NCBI GenBank assembly: GCA_030141605.1
Contig: JAQGDQ010000602.1
Coordinates: forward strand, 62,001-126,000
Reading direction: 5' to 3'
Source: Tubiluchus corallicola
Lineage: Eukaryota > Animalia > Priapulida
DNA length: 64,000 bases
Shown here in pieces: positions 36,101 to 47,500 of this stretch. The notes beneath the pieces are model-generated. The model saw only the letters and a program-made list of their open reading frames with translations. It was not told the origin of the DNA and made no database searches. The first letter of the stretch is position 1, and the number at the start of each line of letters is the position of its first letter. Both the position numbers and the translations under genes were made by a program.

Positions 36101-39100
36101 GATACAAACTGCGGAATCTCGCGAATATCACGACTTTCAAATTTGAAACGGATATCCATAGCATCACTAGTTGAGGCATTGTTTTCAGTTTAAGCAACGC
36201 AATCGTTATCTTAACTTGACCTTGCATTAGCGTGAAACTTGACCTTGACCTTGCCTACGATCATTTAGAGTAGCTAAAGATTTTCCATAACTGCCAAACT
36301 CACTGAGTTGAATTACAAATAAATTTATAATTGTAGCAACATCAAAGTTGATGTATATTTATATTATTTTGTTTTTTGTTGAGATATTTATTTATTCTAC
36401 TTTCACATTTTGTTCAAAAGCTTCTAAAGTGTGTTAGCTAGGATCAGTTAAGTCTAAATGAAAACGCTTAGCGTGGAACAGTGTCAAATTAAGATTATGC
36501 TTAAAAATAACAGTACTGTTTCCATAGGGTACCCCAGTAATTACCCGCATTGTTTATTTCCTGAGCCTAATATGTCTACTCTGTTCCAACAATGAAAATA
36601 CTGACATTATTTGTGATAAGATAACCATTGTTAGACAATCTAAATGCCATTTTCTGCTGTGCACTTCTACAGTAGATACCTGCTAACAAGACTATTAAAC
36701 TGCTGCACTGGCAGTGCGTCAGGGTAATAGCAAGTAGGGAGATGGCAGATCAAACCATTTTTGCTGTAGGGGTGACTTACAAAAAAAAACTACGATTTCT
36801 TTACTAAGATGTTAATTACCTAGATTGAATTGTTTATTAAAATTTAAAGACCTATTTCAGGCCACTAACAAAGACACGAACAAACAGACGGTGACGTTTA
36901 GCAGCACAAAAAAGGGATAATATAGATTATTTTATTCCACTAATATCTACACTATTAATAGTGCTCAGTGCGATACTACGTATTTCTTGTGTGGGGAAAA
37001 CAATAACTTTAGTGACTCACAGCTTGTGCATTCAGCCTTTCATAGCGTAATAAATTAATGTTTGTTGTTAACATAACAGTGCAGTTAGTTAAAATGTACC
37101 AGTGGTTGTTTTTATTTGTAAATATAAATCATTACAGTTTCTTCACTGCCGCTGAATCTTAACAATCGAGTACCCAACGGGTATAAGTAAAAGGGTACCT
37201 GAGTCTGATTTTTGCTACCCGTGTAAATGCTATTACCGATATCATGTAGTCAAGATAAACTACAGATTATGCAGATTAAATCTGAATTAATTATAAAAAT
37301 AATTAAGTATAGTACCAGTACTCTAACACACCTTTGCACTTTTAACTTCTCAAACAGTATCCTGAGTAGTTCCCGTCTTGACTCACGTGAGCACAGTATA
37401 GGTTCACACATTATAACGGGAACGTTCCACACTTGCAGTTCGTCTAGGTCTCTCCGTACCTAAAATGTAAGAAAATTAAATTGTGCAAAGACGACGCGAA
37501 ACACAGGATTCTTGATCAGATGAAATAAATATGATGGTATCATTCAGAAGAAGGCACAAGACCCCGTCAGTTTAAATCTTACGGATTTTAACGACGTGTT
37601 ACATTATGACAGATGCTGTCATAACTCTAATATGACATCACACATAAAAAGGGAGCATTCGGACGTTACTAGTGGATGGAAGTAGTGAAGTTGGTAGACA
37701 AAAGTGACAGAATATATTAACAAATTTTTTAGGCATATGTTAAAACACACAAGGCCTGAAAAGATTCATTGACGGACCTATCGTGAGATCTTTTATTACA
37801 ATATAGGTATCGCCAAAGTGCACTTGTAGTGTGATAACCTGAGTCAAGATATTTATCAAATTAGTACGTGCTTGATGCTATGCTAATAAAAACGACGTGA
37901 AATAATTCAAGCTGCAGCTGTAAAGCGCCAAAAACTTGTCAAATGCCATACACGAATCAGAAAATTTTTGCAAAATCAAATGCAATACATGAATAAATGA
38001 ATCAGACCGTTCAAAACAACTTTTAAATGTAAAATATTGACATGTTTTGCTTTTCTGGTGGTTTACAATGCAAACAATATTCTACTCCAGGGCTGTGCAA
38101 ATTGTGGCCCACCGAGAGAATTTGTGCGAAGAGATTTGTCAACCTAATGAAAGTGCGGCCCGGGTGATTAATTGAGTGTATCCAGCTGAAGTCTGTGCCA
38201 CGATCCCAAAGATAGTGCGGTCAGTTTTTTCTACTAGATCGGATGCCATTAACCCTTACAAGATGGTTGTTTAGCTTAATGTCACTGTACTACACAGACT
38301 GTGTGATACACATTACTAATATGCATTGTAATGAAATTACCACTATCTGTCCTGAAAGTAGAAATATATGGTTTGTAATATAAATTTTAATAACTTCTTA
38401 AATAGTTTCTTGAGTGTAGTAGTAATGATGTACGCAGGTCGGATGCAACAAATCGTTATCAGACCTTTCTGTACTTTGCTCCTTGATCAAACTGCCTGTG
38501 GCCTGCAGGAATTGTGGAAAAATTTAATGTGTCCTGGCTAGTCAGATAATTTGCACACCCCTGTTCTACACATTATACATGTGATGATTGATGATGATGA
38601 TTGATGAAACATGTCAATATTTATTATCAACGGCTTCATCTAGTTTTTTATAAAATCTTAAAACGTCAACTCAGGAGTATCGTGACACGTAACATAGACC
38701 GGGATCTAGGTGTATAATTACCACCCTAAAATACACATCATTAAAACAGCATCACGTGAACGGAACCAACATTACCATAGACATGAGATGTCGAATAAAG
38801 AACTCCATGACTGCCGGATGACGAATGCCGTATTGAGTAATCGGGGGAATTAGTTTGAACTGATATGATGTTTCGGAGTCTTTAGAAATAATCTCCATTT
38901 CTTCCTGAACCTGGAAACGACAAGCCACTGTTAGTCTTTGAAATTTCCAACAAACAAAAATCAATTTTTCACTAAAATTTGATTAGACATTAAAATGAAA
39001 TTCCTTTTAGACAAAACAAGTTCAGTTATTCAATCTTGATGAATTTTTTATGTAAAATAAAATGTTACATCATTCAAAAACTTTCGGCTTTTCGGCTAGC

Positions 39101-42100
39101 TTCATTCATGTGCATGTGCAATTTTGCTTGTACCAGCTTGCATAATCGTAAATTTATTTTAAGATACAGGTTACCGTTGACTTACGATTGTTCAACTTTA
39201 CGAATTACTCAATTAATTAATTGCACAAAACTAATAATGACTCAATTTTCCTTCCTTTTGGAGTAAATGAATTTTAAATCTGTTTCGATAAATTCATCCA
39301 CAGGCGTCGACATACTTAGTGTGTTGTACACACACAACTTTTTATGTGTATGGGTGCACCACATGAAAATACGTGTCCGACTTGTGTCCAAGTCCGCGGG
39401 AACAGATTGAGGTCAGAGACTACCTACTAAAAATCGATTTATCAGTTTTTTGCAGCGGAGTATTAAATCCTGAAAGCTGGCTGCACACCACATGCAAAAG
39501 TAAACTAATAGGGCTAGAGTGAGCTAACTCATAAATTTGTCATTGTTACTTACTGAATGCAAACTAACATAATTTCTGATTGGCAATTCATGTTCGGCTG
39601 TATCGACATCCACCGAGGCTTGCCGAGGAACCTGAAAACCAACAATGTCTTCTATTTCTTCATCTACCATGGCATTGTTTCCATCATCGTCGTCGTCATC
39701 GACAACGATGATGTTTTCTAGCACGGTCTTTGGAGAGGTGGCTCTGCGATCGAGCAATTCGTCGTAATATGCGTCGCAAAGAGGCATGCGGTCCCCGCTT
39801 CTGCAAAAGAAACATTCCGGAACGATCGGCAAGTTCCGACTGCTCCTTGGATCGGATATGTTCTCCGGAAGCTTCGGGCAGGCAACCAGAGACGGATGTG
39901 TCCTCAACACCATACGATCCTGTTCTTCATCTATGTACTTCGCCCAGGAAGTCTTACCTCCAAAGTCTAACACGAAAGCAAATTTCCAATTGACAATGCA
40001 GTCGATATCACAGAGTTGTTTATCGCACGCTGAACATCGCCATGCGTGTACGGTCGTGCCTCGATACACGCACCACAGTCGCCTTACCGCATCACGGTAA
40101 CAACGAACGCAAGCAAAACTGTTGTGTGGAATTTCTATACCTTTAGCATCAGAAAAATGTACAAACTTTTTCTTCCTAAACAAAAAACAGAGACTGTTAG
40201 TGGAACAGCATTTCAACAGTACACAAAATAACAATATAGACTCAAAGTCACCACAGGTCTGGACTAGCCCATGTGGAATTATGGCGACATTGTATGAAAT
40301 TAAGCAGCGATATTTGACAATCTCTTCCATCAAAGAACTTCAGTCGTTTACTAGGTAAGATAAGAAAACGGAAGTATCTTGGAACACTATTATTAAGCTC
40401 ATGCAACTGTACAAACTTTCATCAAGAAGGCATAGAATTAGATGATCTTCCCGAACTCCAGGAAGACATAAATGATCTTCCTGAAGTTTCCAACAATGGC
40501 AAGCCTGTTTGCAGATGACACTAAAATAGGGAAAAGCATACTGCCTGGATGATTTTGAGGTCATGCAGAATAATATTAACTATGCTGACCAATGGTGTCG
40601 CCAATGGCAAATGGAATTGAACACCGAAAAATGTAATCTCCTGACTATTGGAAGGCATGATATTGCAGGTCGTACATATAAAATGGCACATGGACAAAGT
40701 TCTAAAGAAGTCACAAAAGAAAAATATCTGGGTATCACCATAGACAGTAAGCTTAATTTTCAAGCACATATATTCAATGTTGTTAATAAAGCACATGGAA
40801 GACTGACTTTAATCAAACGTAGTTTCTCTTATCTTGACAGATATATGGTGACCAAACTATATAAATCAATGGTTTGTCCTATCTTGAATTAAATCATCAA
40901 GACATGATAAGGAAAATTGAAAGTGTACAACGTCGAGCTCCTAGACTCGTACCTGCTATTTCTCATTTACCATATGCTGCAAGACTTAAGATTCTGGGCC
41001 ATTCAACTCTGAAGTACAGATGCAAAAGGCAAGATTTAATTCAAACGTTTCACACCATTAAAGGTATAGAAACCATCAACAGCGAAATATTTTTCCATCA
41101 ACAGACATACCATGGTACCAGAGGTCACTCCTACAAAATCAAGAAGAGAACAGTTCCCCAAAGGCGGAGTAGACGGAGGTTCACATTAGCAAGACGAGTA
41201 ATTAATGAGTGGAATACGCTGCGTGACACTGTAGTTCAAGCCTCCAATCCTGCTCAGTTTAAGTCTCATCTCAATAGACACTGGAAATGCAATCCTGAAA
41301 AATATATAGACCCCAGTTTGCCACAATGGCAACAAGAAACCTTGTGCTAAGCTTCATGATCACAGTGTGGCCACCTATTTTGTTCACTTTTTATGTATTA
41401 ACAAAGTAAACAAGGAAAAGTGGAGAGGTCCATAAGCTATTTATGCTTAACCTCCATCGTTCGACGGCAATGATAACGGTAAAAGACTCATGAAAACAAA
41501 GCTTCACAGATGTTTACTCTGATGAATTTAACCACAGTAAAATCAACATCTACACAGGGCATTACATAAGTGCATTGTTTGTTTGGATGGAATGTTTTTT
41601 TTCCACTGATTGTCTAATTAAGATTTCTTACACAACAGTCAATTTGAAAAACATGTTATTAGTAATAACTCAATCACCAGAGAGACACAGAACTAAAAGT
41701 AAGCCAAGAAATAGACATCAAGATTATTGACAGTTTCTACAAAATGTTCAGATACAAATCTGTTGTTCTCACTACTGCAATGACACCTGGAATTCGTTGT
41801 CAGAAAATGCAATGAGAGTTGAACAAAGGACAAATTTTAAACATAAACTCATGGTAAATACTTATTGTTATGCAAAACTTGATAAACACTAAGAAACCTG
41901 TATACTGCGAAGTGGCATACTGGGCCATTAACCATGCCACTATACAAATACAAAAAGCCATTTAGAGCTAGTAAAGATTCACAATTTGTGAACCACAAAA
42001 TAGTAAGAAGTCCATGACAATTTAATAACGCTAGCTAAACTAAAGACGAGACGACCGAGTTAGCGTGTTCAGTGCTCGTTAGTTCAACATACCAAACAAA

Positions 42101-42229
42101 ATCCGACTGTAAATTGTCACGAAACACTTTACACGTTATAGATAATCTACAAAGAGATTTTACGTCACAGTAAGTAAAAATCTTCAATAATAATTCCACA
42201 GGTAAGTTTTGCAAATTTAAATCAGCCAT
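30121..42229 (-). CDS. F-box + Cys-rich segment + divergent actin-fold protein, 8 exons, ~590 aa
   Basis: Exons 42229-42093 (F-box LQNLPVELLLKIFTYCDVKSLCRLSITCKVFR..W), 40175-39554, 38910-38776, 37459-37332, 33849-33639, 32760-32642, 31464-31271, 30347-30121; total 1773 nt, open, phases consistent. Actin motifs in order: VLDFGG, PSLVACP, PITQYG, PVIMCEP, SLYAGRETCLVVDSG, VKSECYLA, MAPESMY, LSNVTLTGGNT..GF..RL, VIGAS, TREDY. The exon 2, 5 and 6/7 junctions are less certain. Confidence 0.88.
30962..31212. repeat. Purine-rich ~30-bp tandem repeat in intron 7 of the F-box/actin gene
   Basis: GAGCAGAAAAAGAGAAAGAAACAAAAATATGG-like units. Confidence 0.85.
31725..32680. repeat. 94-bp (46+48) tandem array seeded by the exon-6 3' end and donor
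   Basis: CTTACATGGCTGATCGTACA at 32261, 32355, 32449, 32543 and 32637; more diverged copies toward 31725. Confidence 0.93.
34800..35218. repeat. 72-bp tandem repeat, ~6 copies
   Basis: CTGAGTGACTTGTTCTTTCCTTTAGCA recurring every 72 bp (24-aa periodic ORF). Confidence 0.95.
35657..36468. repeat. Perfect 213-bp inverted repeat with a 386-bp spacer
   Basis: 35657-35869 is the reverse complement of 36256-36468 with no mismatch seen; no flanking TSD. Confidence 0.95.
38088..38563 (+). mobile_element. hAT (Charlie-like) MITE
   Basis: CAGGGCTGTGCAAA ... TTTGCACACCCCTG; TSD TTCTACTC / TTCTACAC; same family as 62607-63037. Confidence 0.85.
40340..41480 (+). mobile_element. CR1-like LINE 3' fragment (degenerate RT), antisense in intron 1 of the F-box/actin gene
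   Basis: LFADDTK, WQMELNTEKC, EKYLGITIDSKLNF, LYKSMV.P.L, IESVQRRA, TRGHSYK, RVINEWN; frameshifts and stops. Confidence 0.88.
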
Positions 42230-43317
42230 AACCAATTAACCACGAATCACTTCCATCTCACGATTTTTCCTAGTAAACGTTTGGCAATATACGCTATCTT
42301 TTCAACGTCCTGCTCAAAGCTGGGAAAAGTAGTTTTGTATCCACGACTTAGCCACCAATGTCGTTGATCGTTTATTAAGTATTACTAGTATCTACAAAAC
42401 ACCTCGCAACATTATGATGACCGTGTCTTAGGTAAAAAGTTTTTAATTCAATAAAATTATGTAAGGCCTTAAACCTTGCACTGGTCATATTTTCACAAAA
42501 AATGCTTCAGTTAACAATAATCTTTTCAATGTTTTGTGTCTGCTATGAAAATCAAAGTAAAGACAAAGATGTATATTTAATTCATTCTCATAAAGAACAA
42601 ACAAGGAAAGAAAGAAATAAACAAGCAAAAGAAAATAATCAGAATATAAATTGCACATAACTCAACTATTTCTATCGTGCATTTTCATAGACAGTATTTT
42701 ATTTTTGGCATTCAGTGAAAAGTAATTGTAAGTGAAAAGCAATTGCTGCTTCAAATTTCATTAATGTTTGTGGAATTTTTTCTTCATTCTTTGTATGTGC
42801 CCGACACCTCTGTTTCTTCACCATTATAAATCCAAGCAATATAATCTAATCAAATTTCATGTAGAATGTCCTTTCCATTCACATATTAAAATTAATAATT
42901 ATTTTTAAATTTCATTTTTTCTGTCACACTTAATGAATAATAAGCAGTCAAATTTGGAAGTAAAAATAACTTTTTATTGTATTATTTTCAAAACACAAAA
43001 AACGATAAACAGGTAAAAGTTATTATGTGAGAACCAAATGAAAACTAAACAAAACTAAATATGCGTAACAAAAATTAATTACCACTAGTTTTCAATTAAT
43101 AATAATTAATATATATTAATAATATTACTAATGGTCAATAATATTAGTCAAATAATACTGTAATTATAATTGTGAAAGAAAACAGCAATAATTATGTCTT
43201 TTGAGTCTTTTTCCTGACAATACGTATTGGAAGATGATACGAAGCCATTTCACTGTTTAGGAGAAGCCTTCTTTTTAAGACAAGGTGTCTTGGAGTTTCC
43301 TGAAATAAGATGTGCAC

Positions 43318-43606
43318 CATGAATCCTTCCAGAGCATTTACACATTTTACAATTAAAATTTTACTGTGCTGTCTCTGGAATCCTTACAGAGCATTTACAC
43401 ATTTTACAATTAAAATTTTACTGTGCTATCTCTGGAATACTTACAGAGCATTTACACATTTTACAACTAAAATTTTACTGTGCTGTCTCTGGAATCCTTA
43501 CAGAGCATTTACGCATTCTGTAATTAAAATTTTACTGTGCTGTCTCTGGAATCCTTACTGAGCATTTACACATTCTGTAATTAAAATTTTTCTATGCTGG
43601 CTCTGG
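43318..43606. repeat. 57-bp tandem repeat, ~5 copies
   Basis: GGAATCCTTACAGAGCATTTACACATTTTACAATTAAAATTTTACTGTGCTGTCTCT. Confidence 0.93.
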
Positions 43607-44594
43607 TACGCAGTATACATTTCTTAAGTGCAATGTATTTTTACTTTGTTTACACAAGTTTTTAATTGGTACATAAAGATTTTACCCATCTATCTTAAAA
43701 TCACTATGATACTATCAGCAAACCTCGATATAGTCGAAAAACAGGCACTTTATATATAACTGTCTCTGTAAGCCACTATATAATCACAATGAGTCCAGAA
43801 ATCCGAACAAATGCCAGATTCGACATTTCTGCCACATATAATGAATAATAATCTGTCAAATTTGGAAATAATGATAACTTTTTATTGTTATTTTCAAGAC
43901 AGTAACGTTTTGCTGAATGTTAGGGTTAGCTTCTTTGCAATTATATTCTGTCGGTTTGGCTTCTTATTTAGCACCACGTTATCATGAAAGTTGTCTGAAA
44001 GCACAAGAAGTTTAGCGATAAATAATTGTCTTAAGTGAATAGGCGAGCATAACCAGTATTGCCCCATATGAATTTAATAATAGCTTATAATTTCGCTGAA
44101 CTTGCTTATTAAGCATACAGGAACTGCATGCTTTGTTTCCATTAATGTGTTTGATGTAGGTGATAGGGTGTGATGTGCGTGATATGGTGCAATATATGTG
44201 GCATTGTGTGAATAAGTGGTGATTTTTTGGGGTAGGTGGTGTGGTGTGGATGGTGTGTTGTGGTGTACGTAGTTTTGTGCGGTGTAGGTGATGAGGTGTG
44301 ATGTAGTTGGTGTCGTGTGGTGTATGTAGTGTCTTGGGTTTAGGTGGTGTCGTATGGTGTAGGTGGTGTCATGTGTGTGTGTGTGGGTACATGTATCGCC
44401 CGTCGATTTTTTGTTTCAGAAGGTCAAAGGTCAAAATTATGAAGCAAAGAAATGTCACAAAAACAAAACAGATGAGCTGTATTCATCAAACTAGGTACAG
44501 CGACACTTTTTGGCTCAAAAAAATAAAGGTTAAGGTCGAAAGACTAACTAATCTTTGTCTACAGTGACTTCGTGCGAGGCCTGAGTTCGAATCT

Positions 44595-47500
44595 CTATTG
44601 AGTGTCTTCTAATTGAATACTTAAGCCAGAAAGAGTACTCACACTTCCCTTCTCTATCGGCTGTTCATCATCACCGCAAATGCTGAAAACATCATCGTCG
44701 GCTCTCACATTCCCTTTCAGCTCTCCATCCATCTCATCTTGGAGATGTGACACATCTATAAGATCAGAGAGCATTCCATCAATGACCTCATCAATAGTCT
44801 CAAAACGCAAAAGCCGGACGTAAAATTAAATCATCTAATAGAAATACAGTCATTCAACCCCTTCAACTGAATAGAAAGGAAGGCATTTGCAAACAAATGC
44901 AACTGCGAATGGGTAGTTGCGACAGCACCACAACCTCCGTCGCACTTAAACCAATGTTCGGGTCACTAAGATCTGAAGATACGCCATACTTCGTATGACA
45001 TATGACACATTCTTCTTGAACAGGAGAATTATCCTTTAACAATATATTCTTTCAAGCTCTCACTAAGTTCCAAGCACAGACAGATTTGCAGGAGCATAAC
45101 AGGCAAATAATGTTAATAAAAACGTGTTATTTCTAACAGTGTAATGAAAATTTGGGGGTCGTTACATACATTACTGACACATACCCGTCTCGCTGGTACT
45201 GCTAGTAGCACAATCATCTTGGCTGTTTTTTGGGCAAAAGAAGATGTGAGTTTCTGGTGAGGAATCAACATCGGCAGCAGCTGATCTTGCATCACAGGAA
45301 GCAGCAGCAGCAACTGCAGCTGAAGTTGTAAAAATGACATTTAGCAAGTCACACAGAAGTCTGCATCGAACATAAATTCATTATGACAAATTCTGCGCAG
45401 CGCCCTCGTGTGTTTGATATAAGCGATTTTTAGCCAATTTTTCATTTCCTAGTTCATTTATAGAAGACCTACATCATGGCTCACTAGCTTACCAAAACTC
45501 TACATGCAATAGCAAGAAAGTCGAAGTTGAATAAAAAAAAAAAAAACGTTACAAATGACAGCAGAACAACAACTTACTGACAGCAAATATTTTTTTAATT
45601 ATCTGTGACGTATTTAACTTGCAAAATCATGCAGGTATCGGTCACTGGATGATTTTCTTTCAAACACAAATATTTTGAAAAATTAAATCCATCCGGTGAT
45701 CCATTTATACCTGTTTAGTGTTAAATAAAAATGGATGTCAAGTCTCCTAATGGCGGCAAATGATTGAAGTAAACGTCACGAGAAGTGGCGAGATGTAAGC
45801 AAAGAAGTGAGGGTCAAAGGTCAAGGTCAGACATCTGATTCTTACTTACGTTGTTTTTAAAGTTTAAACAAAATCGCTGATGGTAAAATCACAAAACAGG
45901 TAACTTATTACCCTTCACCTCCTTTTGCAAATTAAGAAATACAATTGACATGTAAAGATTGGTGTAAAAATACACAAGAGGTCAATGTCACAAAGGTGAG
46001 AGGTCAACGTCAAAGATGAGAGGTCAATGTCATAGTATAAAATAAAGTTGACACTAAAAATTATTGTATTTTACAGCAGAGTATTGACTCATGGTACTAT
46101 CAGGTTTAGGCTAAAACGACTACAAAAAACATGCAATTTTATTAAGAAAATCATAGCCGAATGAAATACTCGTAACACAACAAACATAACAACAGCAAAT
46201 AGCACAAACAATATTTTAGACTTTTAATAAGCACACAAGTAGTGTTGTTGTGCTTCTTTGCGCAACTATTTTTGCCACAGAAAAGTGACATGCAGAAAAA
46301 TCATCCACACTACTTGCAGTATGCAAAAAGCAAAAGCTTAACTTCTCGGTAGCAAACTTACAAACTATTTTAGTTTTAACAATATTTTATTTGACAAGAA
46401 ACATTACAATCATAAGTACATTTATAATAAAAAAACATTTAGTCAAACGCTGATTGGCTAACAGGTATAACCTATATAAAAGCCTTTCAGAAAGTAGATA
46501 CGTCATTTATAAGTTTAATAGCCACACAATTACAAGAGCTGTTAGTAATTCATTAAGTAAAAGTGAAATTGAGAACGTTTGTAACTTGTTTTTTGACCAG
46601 CGGTCTGCAAAAGGTTGGGACAAGTTGGTTATGATGTGTTTGATGTTGATGTTAAGCTACAAAAATAGAACGAGTGCTGAAGAACCTAATGAAAGATGAA
46701 AGTGTTGGGATCATGGGAACGCATAAGTTTAAATAATTTGTCCTGTAAGGTAGAATTCAGAGATTATTAATGCACTATAGTTTTAATTTTATTAATTAAA
46801 GCGCCCACTTTAGATCAGAAATACTATAGCATTGTTAGAATCAGGAGACAGTGAGATATTGCCACATTCTTAGAATCAGGACACAGTGAGATATTGCCAC
46901 ATTGTTAGAATCAGGGAAACAGTGAGATATTGCCACATTGTTAGAATCAGGAGACAGTGAGATATTGCCACATTCTTAGAATCAGGAGACAGTGAGATAT
47001 TGCCACATTGTTAGAATCAGGAAACAGTGAGATATTGCCACATTCTTAGAATCAGGACACAGTGAGATATTGCCACATTGTTAGAATCAGGTAAACAGTG
47101 AGATATTGTCACATTGTTAGAATCAGGAGACAGTGAGATATTGCCACATTCTTAGAATCAGGAGACAGTGAGATATTGCCACATTGTTAGAATCAGGAAA
47201 CAGTGAGATATTGCCACATTCTTAGAATCAGGACACAGTGAGATATTGCCACATTGTTAGAATCAGGTAAACAGTGAGATATTGTCACATTGTTAGAATC
47301 AGGAGACAGTGAGATATTGCCACATTCTTAGAATCAGGAGACAGTGAGATATTGCCACATTGTTAGAATCAGGAAACAGTGAGATATTGCCACATTCTTA
47401 GAATCAGGACACAGTGAGATATTGCCACATTGTTAGAATCAGGAAAGAGTGAGATATTGCCACATTGTTAGAATCAGGGAAACAGTGAGATATTGCCACA

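Noticed and set aside
44860-45035. PHD-finger-like Cys pattern (CVIC...WFKCDGGC...FVCKC) on the minus strand
   Set aside because: Needs at least two frameshifts and lacks the HxxC; better explained as intron plus a tentative 38-nt exon.
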